Notes: generated by a model not told the origin, from the sequence alone. A DNA stretch of 64,000 bases from a virus (IMGVR_UViG_2974579171_000001:1-64000); one strand, 5' to 3'. Numbered from the stretch's first letter, positions 27,058 through 35,276 are shown. A program made the numbers and translations.

Positions 27058-27375
27058 ATGACTTTTCATATTTTGATTGATGATGTGCGTAATCTTCACG
27101 GAATGGACATTATCATTCGAACCCCAGAAGCCGCTGTAGAGTTTCTGAATAAAACTGATACCACCGGCCATTTCGTTTATATGGATAATGACTTGGCTGT
27201 AGATGGTATGGAAGGTTATCAAATTCTTCGTTTACTCTTAGAATTTGGGCAGAGACCAAAGAAAGTGGTACTAGTAACCTCGAACCCAGTAGCTAAGCAA
27301 AATATGCGTAATGATTTGCTTGACTTAGGGTATAAAGAAAATCCCAATCGTGTTGAATATGATTGGCAGGAGTAA
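27058..27375 (+). CDS. CheY-like receiver-domain protein (orphan)
   Basis: 105 aa. N-terminal acidic pair ILIDDV, central YMDNDLAVDGMEG (phospho-acceptor Asp context), VLVTSN (conserved T/S) and a following K. Confidence 0.5.
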   Translation: MTFHILIDDVRNLHGMDIIIRTPEAAVEFLNKTDTTGHFVYMDNDLAVDGMEGYQILRLLLEFGQRPKKVVLVTSNPVAKQNMRNDLLDLGYKENPNRVEYDWQE

Positions 27376-27380
27376 AAAGA

Positions 27381-27830
27381 ATGAAGGCAGCTTTGCTTTT
27401 AGTAGCTGCCCTTACCTTCAGCTTTAGTAGTCAGGCATCGCACGATGCAAAAGAAATAGATTGCATTGCTAAAAATATCTATTTCGAAAGTCGTGGTGAG
27501 GGCATAAAGGGAATGACGGCGATTGCACATGTTACTAAAAACCGTGTAAACTCCGGTAAATTCCCAGATTCCTACTGTAAAGTAGTATATCAGTCTAACC
27601 AGTTCTCTTGGGTATCTAAGAGACCAAAAGTTGATAAAACTGATGAGGCTTGGCAAACCGCTAAGAATTTAGCTAGAGTGATATACTACGTTGATTTACC
27701 ACAAGATCCTACACATGGAGCACTATACTTCCATAGTGGTAAAGATAAACCTTACTGGACAAAGAAATTTAAGAAAACAACTAAGATTAAGGGACATACA
27801 TTCTATAAACCTGTTGTCACTAAAACTTAA
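27381..27830 (+). CDS. secreted SleB-family cell-wall hydrolase
   Basis: Signal peptide MKAALLLVAALTFSFSSQA, then IYFESRGEG...AIAHVTKNR (Hydrolase_2/SleB motif). ATG 27381 follows AGGAG. Confidence 0.6.
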   Translation: MKAALLLVAALTFSFSSQASHDAKEIDCIAKNIYFESRGEGIKGMTAIAHVTKNRVNSGKFPDSYCKVVYQSNQFSWVSKRPKVDKTDEAWQTAKNLARVIYYVDLPQDPTHGALYFHSGKDKPYWTKKFKKTTKIKGHTFYKPVVTKT

Positions 27831-27838
27831 AAATTTAC

Positions 27839-27867
27839 TTGCTTAACTACTTAAATTTCTGTATAAT
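27839..27867 (+). promoter_or_regulatory. T5-type early promoter
   Basis: TTGCTT, 17 bp, TATAAT, then actttcataaattaatga. Confidence 0.55.
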
Positions 27868-27898
27868 ACTTTCATAAATTAATGAGAGGAAGCGAAAT

Positions 27899-28069
27899 AT
27901 GAAATCAGTTGTAATTATTGGTGTTAACACTCGCGGTATTCGTACTACGAAAACTGTTAAAACTTCTAACGTTGCTGAAATCACTACGAACCCTAAAAAG
28001 TTTGATTTCGCCAAAGTCTCAGCAGTTATGACAGAACAATCTTTTAACCAAGCATTGGGGATGAAATAA
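27899..28069 (+). CDS. small hypothetical protein (56 aa)
   Basis: ATG 27899 follows GAGAGGAAG. TAATG overlap with the next ORF. Below the ORF-track size cutoff. Confidence 0.3.
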   Translation: MKSVVIIGVNTRGIRTTKTVKTSNVAEITTNPKKFDFAKVSAVMTEQSFNQALGMK

Positions 28070-28503
28070 TGGGTGAAAATATCCTAATGACCCTTCGTGG
28101 ACTGCTTAGTCTAGCACGTACTCACGGTGATAAAGAGCGGGCACTTAATCTTCAGACCATGATTGGCGACCTGCAACGTATTGATAAAGACATTGTTACT
28201 CGAACCGAGTTTGTAGCCTATCTGAAAGCTCAGATTAAGGCTCTAGAAAATGCAAAACAGCGCGCTATTAAAGTTGGTACGAAAATTCCTACTGATGTAG
28301 ACTATGAGCAACTGCTTTATTCCATGCTGCAAGAGTATCAGCCAAGTCAACTGACTGAAACTGAAATTCGTGAGTATTTTGCAGAACTGGTTAAGTTAAA
28401 CCCAGATATTACCAAAGCTCTATTAATGAAAACTATTAAGGCAGAATTTCCTGGACGTTATGATGGTAAAACAACTGCTTTGATTGCTAGTGAATTTTTC
28501 TAA
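28069..28503 (+). CDS. hypothetical protein
   Basis: 144-aa ORF. Confidence 0.5.
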   Translation: MGENILMTLRGLLSLARTHGDKERALNLQTMIGDLQRIDKDIVTRTEFVAYLKAQIKALENAKQRAIKVGTKIPTDVDYEQLLYSMLQEYQPSQLTETEIREYFAELVKLNPDITKALLMKTIKAEFPGRYDGKTTALIASEFF

Positions 28504-28511
28504 AAATTCAT

Positions 28512-28540
28512 TTGCTAAATGCTTATAAATTCTGTATAAT
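28512..28540 (+). promoter_or_regulatory. T5-type early promoter at the start of the tRNA region
   Basis: TTGCTA, 17 bp, TATAAT, then atattcataaatta. Confidence 0.55.
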
Positions 28541-28763
28541 ATATTCATAAATTAGGGAACAGCGAGCCGATTACGCTGAGTGCAGAATCCCAACCGGAGC
28601 GCATTGAATAGAGTCGGTGGGTTAGTTGTAAAACTAGTACACAGGGGGCGGCAATCCCGGTTAGTGGCTAGAACGTGTAAAATGAGGCGTCTGAAACCTC
28701 TCCCCTAAACTCTTCTCTAATTTATAAATAGTGGGGTGTGGAAATCACTTATGTAGTAACACT

Positions 28764-28835
28764 GCCGTCCTAGTATAATTGGTATTATCAAGCCGTAACT
28801 GGTGGAAGATGTAGGTTCGAATCCTACGGTCGGTA
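28764..28835 (+). tRNA. tRNA-like element (degenerate; no clear anticodon stem)
   Basis: T-arm GTAGG-TTCGAAT-CCTAC and a 6/7-bp acceptor pairing (gccgtcc / ggtcggt). D and anticodon arms are non-canonical. Confidence 0.3.
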
Positions 28836-29337
28836 AGAACTGGATAACTGGTGCTTTTAACGTAAAAGCTTCCGAGGTTAGTTGCGCACTGCCTAAACCA
28901 CGCGGTAGTTGGTTCCAGACTAACCAACCAGTCTGCTGAATAGTTTTATTACGATTTAACTATGTCCAGGCTAAAGAAGAACTTTAGAAGGTATTCTAGG
29001 ATAGTGAAGTTCTTTCTCCATATCGGAGTAGTTTTTCAAGCTATCCACAAAGTGGGAAATGCTGACATGAGAGATGTCACTAATGGTGCACAATAGCACA
29101 GGTAATTCGCGATAACTCCTGTTGAGTAGCAGCAAAAGGTGGGAAGTCATGACCCCAAGCCTAACCGAGTCCTCAATATACCGCAGGACATAACCACCAA
29201 GTCACCCTGACTTAAACTGGAAAATAATAGACGTTACCGTATTTTGTCTTGAAATACTTAATGAGTGAGACTTATGACTCTCCCGGTATCGTCTGTATTT
29301 TTAAGAGTTTTTACGAGAGTTCTTAAAAATACTTAAA

Positions 29338-29409
29338 CGGGGTGTAGTCTAAGGGAGAGGCAGGAGTCTTCTAAATTCCTTTATGCAGGTTCGAATCCTG
29401 TCACCTCGG
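29338..29409 (+). tRNA. tRNA-Arg (anticodon TCT)
   Basis: Acceptor cggggtg/cacctcg, anticodon arm ggagt-cttctaa-attcc, T-arm gcagg-ttcgaat-cctgt, encoded CCA. Confidence 0.7.
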
Positions 29410-29446
29410 CCAATTTTATTAACTGTAACTAAAACAAAGGAAATAT

Positions 29447-30394
29447 ATGTTTAATACTAAAAATATGAAAGAACTGACTTCTGAGCAGAAAGTAATTCGT
29501 ACTATTAAACGTTGGGGTATTGGTGCTGTAGTTGGTTTAGCGGGTTTAATCCTAGCTTTTAATTCATATACTATTGTTTCTGATGGTACGGTTAAAACCC
29601 AAACATTCCTGGGTAAAGTAGACCCTAATCCAGTATTGCCTGGTTTCCATCTTGTAAACCCGTTTGCATCTTTCGATACTTTTAGTACAAAAGATATTGC
29701 TGTAAAATTAGATAAACTTCAGGTTCCTAGTCAGGACAAGTTTAAATCCACTGTTGACCTGACTGTTATGTTGCAGTTTGATGGTTCTAAGGCACCGATT
29801 AACCGTATTAACGCAGGTACTCAGGATCAGGCACTAGACAAATATGTAACTGAAAAATTACTGTCTACTATTCGTGAGTTTGGTAAGTCTGTACCTAAAG
29901 CACAAGATTTATTTGATGCTAAAATTCAGGCTCAATTGCAAACTGCAATTCAACAGGAAGTTGAAGAGTATGCACGCCCATATGGTTACACAGTTAAGCA
30001 GGTATTCCTTCAGGATATTACTCTGCCACCAGTAATTATGGAACAGGTACAGAATACCAAAGTTCGTGAAGAGCAAGTTAATGCTGCGAAAGCTGAACTG
30101 GCTCGCGTTGAACAAGAAGCTCAGCAGAAAGTTAAACAAGCAGAAGCAGACCGTGAAGCTCGCAACAACCAAGCTATTGCTAATGAACGTGACGCAGATG
30201 CTAAACTATACGCAGCTAAAAAAGAAGCTGAAGCTAACGCCGCATTGCAACGTACCATTACTCCTGAGATGATTCGCTGGAAGCAACTGGAAGTTGAAAT
30301 GATTCGTGCTCAGAAGTATCAAGGTGGTGTTCCTCAGACTGTGGTAGGTACTGGCTACGATGGTCAAATGATCATGGATATGCGTAACAAGTAA
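29447..30394 (+). CDS. SPFH/band-7 (HflK/C-stomatin-like) membrane protein
   Basis: 315 aa. N-terminal transmembrane segment (GIGAVVGLAGLILAF), band-7 core, and a C-terminal coiled coil rich in AEA/QQK repeats. Confidence 0.65.
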   Translation: MFNTKNMKELTSEQKVIRTIKRWGIGAVVGLAGLILAFNSYTIVSDGTVKTQTFLGKVDPNPVLPGFHLVNPFASFDTFSTKDIAVKLDKLQVPSQDKFKSTVDLTVMLQFDGSKAPINRINAGTQDQALDKYVTEKLLSTIREFGKSVPKAQDLFDAKIQAQLQTAIQQEVEEYARPYGYTVKQVFLQDITLPPVIMEQVQNTKVREEQVNAAKAELARVEQEAQQKVKQAEADREARNNQAIANERDADAKLYAAKKEAEANAALQRTITPEMIRWKQLEVEMIRAQKYQGGVPQTVVGTGYDGQMIMDMRNK

Positions 30395-30416
30395 TAGTTA
30401 CACGTAATCTTCGAAC

Positions 30417-30453
30417 CAAGCCCGCGTTTCCTCCGAGAGCGCGGGCTTTTCTG
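30417..30453 (+). terminator. rho-independent terminator
   Basis: AAGCCCGCG...CGCGGGCTT stem followed by TTCTG. Confidence 0.6.
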
Positions 30454-30471
30454 TATTTAAGATAAAAGAAA

Positions 30472-30506
30472 AGCCCCTAAGTCTTTCGACTAGGGGCTTT
30501 ATTGTT
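30472..30506. terminator. bidirectional terminator between convergent transcription units
   Basis: AGCCCCTA...TAGGGGCT stem flanked by A-run and T-run on both sides. Confidence 0.55.
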
Positions 30507-30513
30507 TGGTTCT

Positions 30514-30708
30514 TTAGAACCATATACTCTTGTTACAGCAACCACCCATACGGGAGACCAATCTTGACTGAAAATCTACTCTAGGGGGCAGGATAAGAGT
30601 AGGCTTAAAGGCAAACGGATTGAACGCCGGTATTTGCGTAAACATTGCTGGAGAGCAACAACGTGCTACAGGCATTGGGCAGCACGAAATAGATTTTCTG
30701 CAACACAT
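30514..30708 (-). CDS. Cys-rich small protein (64 aa)
   Basis: Perfect AAGGAGG Shine-Dalgarno 5 nt upstream of the ATG (minus strand). 10 Cys in 64 residues. Confidence 0.4.
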   Translation of the reverse strand: MCCRKSISCCPMPVARCCSPAMFTQIPAFNPFAFKPTLILPPRVDFQSRLVSRMGGCCNKSIWF

Positions 30709-30717
30709 AATTCCTCC

Positions 30718-31134
30718 TTAGGAGTTATTACCTCCATTTTGAGCTTTTGCAACCTGGCTTTGGCAGAAGCTATTAAACTTACCCATAAGTGATACAAGCT
30801 GCTTCCCATCCTCTGTCTTTGCGAAGTCTTCGAAAAGGGCTAGTACTGCCTGTCCTTCCGCAGAAACCTGCGGTTGTTGGGTTTGTTGCTGAACTTGCTG
30901 CTGCGGCATCTGTTGCTGCATTTGTTGAGACATTTGCGACTGCCCGCTCATTTGCTGCATCATTTGCATAGGACTTACACTTCCAGGGTTTTGCTGGAGT
31001 TGTTGCTGCATCTGTTGTGCTTCTGCTAAACGCTGTTGCAACTGTTGTAAGTAGGGGTTATCCAGACCCGGAACGGGCTGCTGGGAGCCCATACTTTGAT
31101 TAAGTCCGTTATTTACAAAACCATATTTACTCAT
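30718..31134 (-). CDS. Gln-rich low-complexity protein
   Basis: 138 aa, about 35 percent Q (MQQQLQQ..., QMQQQMPQQQVQQQTQQPQ). Confidence 0.55.
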   Translation of the reverse strand: MSKYGFVNNGLNQSMGSQQPVPGLDNPYLQQLQQRLAEAQQMQQQLQQNPGSVSPMQMMQQMSGQSQMSQQMQQQMPQQQVQQQTQQPQVSAEGQAVLALFEDFAKTEDGKQLVSLMGKFNSFCQSQVAKAQNGGNNS

Positions 31135-31155
31135 AATGGGCTCCTCCCCTTAATA

Positions 31156-32142
31156 TTAAGCCGGCAGTTTAGCCTGCAGACCAGCCAGAGTCTGAGTGAT
31201 AGCACCAAGACTTAAAGCGATTTGATTAATTACCTGACCGTTAGCACCGCTACCCGCAGCGATTGCTTCACGTAGACGACACGCGTCTAACTCATCCTGA
31301 ATACGCGCAGTAGTTACACCAGCGATCGCAGTCTGAAGTTCACAGCAACATTCAGCGATCTGACGTTCCAGAGAGTTCTGGTTAGCACACATCTGAGCCT
31401 GAACAGCGGCAAACTGGTTATTAGTTTGTAAAGTCTGCTGGAAAGCGATCTGTGCAGAATCAAACTTATCTTGTGCACGAGCTATCTGGTTAGCTGCGAA
31501 AGATTGATCAATCTGGCGAGAAAGATCGAACTGACCCTGAATAACGTTTCGAGTTTCCTGGCAGATCTGATTAGACAGATTAGCACCTGTACCATAGATC
31601 GTAGTTAGTACAGACTGAGTATCACGGCTCTGGTTTTGGGATGTCTGGCTAAAACCATTGTTAACTGCGCTTAAAACAGCTCCAGTACCCTGGTTAGCTT
31701 CTGTACGAGTAGTGTTAATAGCTGCTAGAATACTAGCGGTATCTTGGTTCTGAAGTACTGCATCAACTGCGGTACCTTCACCAACTACACCACGTCCACC
31801 GAATCAGCCGAAACCACCGAATCCGCCTGTTAGTAGAGCACCAATTAGGATAGCTCCAAATAGTCCCATACCTTCACCGCCGAAAGCACCTGCGTTTGCT
31901 GGGTAACCACCCATTAGGCCAGGGAAGCCATTAGTGAATACGTTTACTGGTTCTTGCATTTTATGTTTTCCATATTTATGACAATGTTCATCATCATCTT
32001 CTTCATCATCATCGTGTTCACGATGTTTTTCTTCGTAGGCTCTGACCTTCTCCCACTTTTTCTTATCTGATTCCTCGTGACGGTGCAGTTCTGCTGCAAC
32101 GCTAGCGACGGTCTCAGGACTCTTAGCTACTTCTTCTGTCAT
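31156..32142 (-). CDS. 329-codon reading frame interrupted by one in-frame TGA (codon 113; plus-strand 31804-31806)
   Basis: ATG 32142 lies 8 nt after AGGAGG. N-terminal acidic/His-rich region then Gly-rich hydrophobic segment ...GGFGGFG, then TGA, then FGGRGVVGEG... The frame is fully open through a long Q/N/T/S-rich region to the stop at 31156. The first downstream ATG is at 31392. Confidence 0.5.
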
Positions 32143-32348
32143 TTTTGACACCTCCTAGTATATAGAAAATGTGTGTCTCTTTGATCACTCATCCATAACA
32201 TATACTTTACACTACCCCAGCGAAAATGTCAAGGGGTCTTTAAAAATTGCCCCTGAATTTTTAGTGGGGTCACAAATTTTGGTCCTCACCACTTATCTGC
32301 TATCCTTAAGTGCCCTATGATTTTCCTCTAAAAAGTTAAAAAATTTGA

Positions 32349-32377
32349 TTGCTTGAATGCTAAATTCTCTGTATAAT
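32349..32377 (+). promoter_or_regulatory. T5-type early promoter
   Basis: TTGCTT, 17 bp, TATAAT, then atatctataaatttga. Confidence 0.55.
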
Positions 32378-32407
32378 ATATCTATAAATTTGAAAGAGGA
32401 ACCAAAT

Positions 32408-32926
32408 ATGAATGTTGATGAGCTAACACAGCACCTCTTATCTAGAGGATTTGATACAGATAAATATCATTGCTGGTTAAGTCCGGAAGGATGGCTAACA
32501 GTCCCGTTGTATGACTTCTCTGGGATGTTGAGGGGCTATCAAACTTATAATCCTTCTGCTCCAAAAGGTCATGGTAAGTGCCCCTTTGAAGCTAAATACT
32601 TTACTTATTCTACTACCCAGTGTGTATGGGGACTAGAAACTCTCAATGGAAATGAAAAAGTAGTATTGATTGCTGAATCTGTATTTAAGGCAGTTGCGTT
32701 ACATAACGCTGGTTATCCAGCCCTGGCAATGTTGGGTTCTTCTCCAGGAAAGGCGTTATTAAAGCAACTAAAATTATTACCTTTTAAATTGGTAGCTGTC
32801 GGGGATAATGATCCTGCGGGTGAAAAATTTGCTAGAAAATTAAACGGCTTTGTTTCTCCCGTAGATGTGGATGAGATGTCTACCGAAAACTTGAAAAATT
32901 TTCTTGCTATGAAGCTAAATTTCTAA
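32408..32926 (+). CDS. small stand-alone TOPRIM-domain protein
   Basis: 172 aa. VVLIAESVFKAV (conserved Glu) ... VAVGDNDPAGEKFA (DxD) is the TOPRIM signature. Confidence 0.5.
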   Translation: MNVDELTQHLLSRGFDTDKYHCWLSPEGWLTVPLYDFSGMLRGYQTYNPSAPKGHGKCPFEAKYFTYSTTQCVWGLETLNGNEKVVLIAESVFKAVALHNAGYPALAMLGSSPGKALLKQLKLLPFKLVAVGDNDPAGEKFARKLNGFVSPVDVDEMSTENLKNFLAMKLNF

Positions 32927-32932
32927 TATAAT
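32904..32932 (+). promoter_or_regulatory. T5-type promoter embedded in the 3' end of the TOPRIM gene, feeding tRNA-Ser/tRNA-Met
   Basis: TTGCTA, 17 bp, TATAAT, then atatcttataaattcgg. Confidence 0.5.
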
Positions 32933-32947
32933 ATATCTTATAAATTC

Positions 32948-33033
32948 GGAAGAATAGCATAATGGTATTGCAGCAGATTGCTAATCTGTCGGTTTGAAAT
33001 ATAGCCTTGTGGGTTCGATTCCCACTTCTTCCG
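32948..33033 (+). tRNA. tRNA-Ser (anticodon GCT), type II
   Basis: Acceptor ggaagaa/ttcttcc, anticodon arm gcaga-ttgctaa-tctgt, long variable arm, T-arm gtggg-ttcgatt-cccac, encoded CCA. Confidence 0.8.
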
Positions 33034-33042
33034 CCAGATTTT

Positions 33043-33117
33043 GGTTCTCAAGCTCATATGGTATGAGCACCCAGCTCATAACTGGAAGGTACGTAGGTTC
33101 GAATCCTCGGGGAGCCA
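33043..33117 (+). tRNA. tRNA-Met or tRNA-Ile2 (anticodon CAT)
   Basis: Acceptor ggttctc/gggagcc (with G-U pairs), D-stem gctc/gagc, anticodon loop ctcataa, T-loop ttcgaat, encoded CCA. Confidence 0.6.
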
Positions 33118-33139
33118 CCAAATTAAATAAGGACAACTA

Positions 33140-33328
33140 ATGGAATTATTCATAGTTTCTATTAAATTTGCACAAGATAGAGAACGTTCGGACGAGTTTA
33201 AACAAGGATACAGACTAGTAAAGGCTACATCCGAACTCCATGCTATGGACAAAGTAGTAGACTATATGTATAATGTAGAAGATGTTTACTACGTCAATGC
33301 TTTAGAAGCCTCAAAAGTAATTGACTAA
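33140..33328 (+). CDS. hypothetical protein
   Basis: 62-aa ORF. Confidence 0.4.
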   Translation: MELFIVSIKFAQDRERSDEFKQGYRLVKATSELHAMDKVVDYMYNVEDVYYVNALEASKVID

Positions 33329-33337
33329 GGAGACTAT

Positions 33338-33523
33338 ATGTCCAAGTTTCAAGAACTCAAGCAAGAGCTAGAAGAATGTGCCTGCCCTGAATGTGAGGGA
33401 ATTGGTGAAATTTCTGATGCAGAAGCAGGAGATACTTTTTGCAATATCTGGGTTTGCCCAAATTGCAATGGTACAGGTATTAATCCTAACTGTGGTATTT
33501 CTCTAGATATTGAAAGAGGATAA
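33338..33523 (+). CDS. small Cys-rich (zinc-ribbon-like) protein
   Basis: 61 aa. CACPECEG...CPNCNGTG. Confidence 0.4.
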   Translation: MSKFQELKQELEECACPECEGIGEISDAEAGDTFCNIWVCPNCNGTGINPNCGISLDIERG

Positions 33524-33624
33524 TACCTGTGAAACTAAAAGATTATTATATTGGTTGGTTTGTGGGACTAGTAGTAGGATTTTCACTGGGATATAATATG
33601 TATCAACTAATAAACTGATTACAT

Positions 33625-33698
33625 GGGGGTGTAATCGAATTGGCATAGGTACTGGACTTAAAATTCAGGTTTTGTGGGTTCGAATCCCACCACCCCTA
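33625..33698 (+). tRNA. tRNA with anticodon TAA (Leu?), atypical D-arm
   Basis: Acceptor gggggtg/cacccct, anticodon arm ctgga-cttaaaa-ttcag, T-arm gtggg-ttcgaat-cccac, encoded CCA. Short variable loop is unusual for Leu. Confidence 0.5.
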
Positions 33699-33716
33699 CC
33701 AAATTAAGGAAATAAG

Positions 33717-33884
33717 ATGTATAGACATCCACCTCCGCCAACACGTCGTTCTAGAGAAGTTATTCTCATGGAGTTGACTAAAAACTTCAAGGCAACTCTT
33801 GAAGATAGAGATCTAGGCACGGATGAAGACATTGATTTTATTTGTAGACTATTAAAGATGAAATTGGAGAAACAACATGGCTAA
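33717..33884 (+). CDS. small hypothetical protein (55 aa)
   Basis: MYRHPPPPTRR... Below the ORF-track cutoff. Overlaps the next ORF start. Confidence 0.25.
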   Translation: MYRHPPPPTRRSREVILMELTKNFKATLEDRDLGTDEDIDFICRLLKMKLEKQHG

Positions 33885-34083
33885 TCCTGAAATTACTGCA
33901 CAACGTTTTATGCTTAAAGGCATGATTGCTGAGGCAGGTATAACTCAAGAGGTTGCAGATTTTCATAAGCAATTTCTTGACATTATAACTCTAGCTAAAG
34001 AGACTGGAGAAAAAGAACATGGAGCGGCAATTATGGCTATATCTCTTATTAGCCTAGACTTGGCTGAAGAATCTGGAGTTTAG
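33877..34083 (+). CDS. hypothetical protein
   Basis: 68-aa ORF. Confidence 0.4.
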   Translation: MANPEITAQRFMLKGMIAEAGITQEVADFHKQFLDIITLAKETGEKEHGAAIMAISLISLDLAEESGV

Positions 34084-34173
34084 CTCCTCCAAACAGAATT
34101 TTTAAAAATGTACTTGCCTTTTGCTTTAAATTTCTGATATAATAGTTATATAAATTGATGAAGGAGTTAATGA

Positions 34174-34449
34174 ATGCAAAATCGTGTTATAGCAGCTGGT
34201 ATTGAAAGTGCAATCTGTAAATCCTGGGAAGGCTGGGAAGGTGAGATTGAATGGCTTTATTTCTATGATGTAGAACTTCTGCCGGAAATTAAAGCTAAAT
34301 GTGTTGAAGCTGGCATGGCTCCGGATGCAAAAGCTGATATTGATATTTCAATGTCTGAACTTAAAGGTCGTGTAATTACTGTTAGTAATGAGGGTGAAGA
34401 AGTTTTCGAACTTCCATTCTCCTTAACTGTCACTCCTAAGTTCGACTAA
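34174..34449 (+). CDS. hypothetical acidic protein
   Basis: 91 aa. Promoter at 34115-34143 upstream. Confidence 0.45.
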   Translation: MQNRVIAAGIESAICKSWEGWEGEIEWLYFYDVELLPEIKAKCVEAGMAPDAKADIDISMSELKGRVITVSNEGEEVFELPFSLTVTPKFD

Positions 34450-34485
34450 CCAATACAGCACTGAGCAAGTTCTTTAAAATTTGAC

Positions 34486-34514
34486 TTGCTCAGTGCCTTA
34501 AAACTTGGTATAAT
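34486..34514 (+). promoter_or_regulatory. T5-type promoter embedded in a 12-bp perfect inverted repeat
   Basis: GCACTGAGCAAG (34458-34469) and CTTGCTCAGTGC (34485-34496) flank the -35 element. TTGCTC, 17 bp, TATAAT. Confidence 0.45.
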
Positions 34515-34580
34515 AGTTTCCTAATTTGGAAACATATTTAAAAGTGTTTAAATTAGAATTTTTTGAATACTTCTAAATAT

Positions 34581-34665
34581 GGGGAAATATTCTGTAAGTG
34601 GTAGCAGAGCTGACTGTAAATCAGTTGTCATTGCGACTCGGGTGGTTCGACTCCATCTTTCCCCA
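34581..34665 (+). tRNA. tRNA-Tyr (anticodon GTA), type II
   Basis: Acceptor ggggaaa/tttcccc, anticodon arm gctga-ctgtaaa-tcagt, 15-nt variable arm, T-arm ggtgg-ttcgact-ccatc, encoded CCA. Confidence 0.8.
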
Positions 34666-34674
34666 CCAATTTAA

Positions 34675-34748
34675 GTCCTGTTAGACAAACTGGTAAAGTC
34701 ACTACCCTTTCAAGGTAGGATTTGCGGGTTCGACCCCCGCACAGGACG
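34675..34748 (+). tRNA. tRNA-Glu (anticodon TTC)
   Basis: Acceptor gtcctgt/acaggac, anticodon arm ctacc-ctttcaa-ggtag, T-arm gcggg-ttcgacc-cccgc, encoded CCA. Confidence 0.8.
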
Positions 34749-34757
34749 CCAATTCCT

Positions 34758-34833
34758 GCATTCCTAGAGTGTTACTGGACAGCATGTCGGTCTCCAAAAC
34801 CGTACGGTCTAGGTTCGAGTCCTAGTAGGTTTG
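34758..34833 (+). tRNA. tRNA-like element with CCA anticodon-like loop (Trp?) and poorly paired acceptor stem
   Basis: Perfect T-arm ctagg-ttcgagt-cctag and loop ctccaaa. The acceptor stem pairs only about 4 of 7. Confidence 0.3.
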
Positions 34834-34842
34834 CCAAAATTT

Positions 34843-34914
34843 GCACCTTTAGCTGAGATGGATTAGCGCTTGCCTGAAGAGCTTGAGAGGTTCGTTCGAT
34901 ACGAACAGGGTGCA
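34843..34914 (+). tRNA. tRNA-Phe (anticodon GAA)
   Basis: Acceptor gcacctt/agggtgc, D-stem gctg/tagc, anticodon loop ctgaaga (stem has two U-U pairs), T-arm gttcg-ttcgata-cgaac, encoded CCA. Confidence 0.55.
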
Positions 34915-34934
34915 CCAAATTGAAGGAGCTGCTG

Positions 34935-35207
34935 ATGCATCCTGAAAACTTCTTTATTTACTGCGCGGATAAGTCGCTGAAACGTAGAATTAACAAAGTC
35001 TATCATTATCGTGCTAGTCAACAGCCCTATGTATACGCTTTTGACGGTGATCACATTCCACTAGAACAATTATCTTGTGATTACATGATATTGAAGAACT
35101 TTGACGAGACGAAGATCTCAAGCGTTCATAATCGACAGAATCCATTAACGTGGAAATATAAGAAGAAAAAGAAAGGCATCAAATTCTTAAAAAATGTAGT
35201 TGCTTAG
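34935..35207 (+). CDS. hypothetical protein
   Basis: ATG 34935 follows AAGGAG. 90 aa. Confidence 0.4.
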   Translation: MHPENFFIYCADKSLKRRINKVYHYRASQQPYVYAFDGDHIPLEQLSCDYMILKNFDETKISSVHNRQNPLTWKYKKKKKGIKFLKNVVA

Positions 35208-35228
35208 TTTCCAAAAGTTCTGTATAAT
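35200..35228 (+). promoter_or_regulatory. T5-type promoter feeding tRNA-Cys cluster
   Basis: TTGCTT, 17 bp, TATAAT, then aattacataaattgaa. Confidence 0.5.
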
Positions 35229-35276
35229 AATTACATAAATTGAACTGGAGAAGCAACATGACAGAACAAGATAAAT

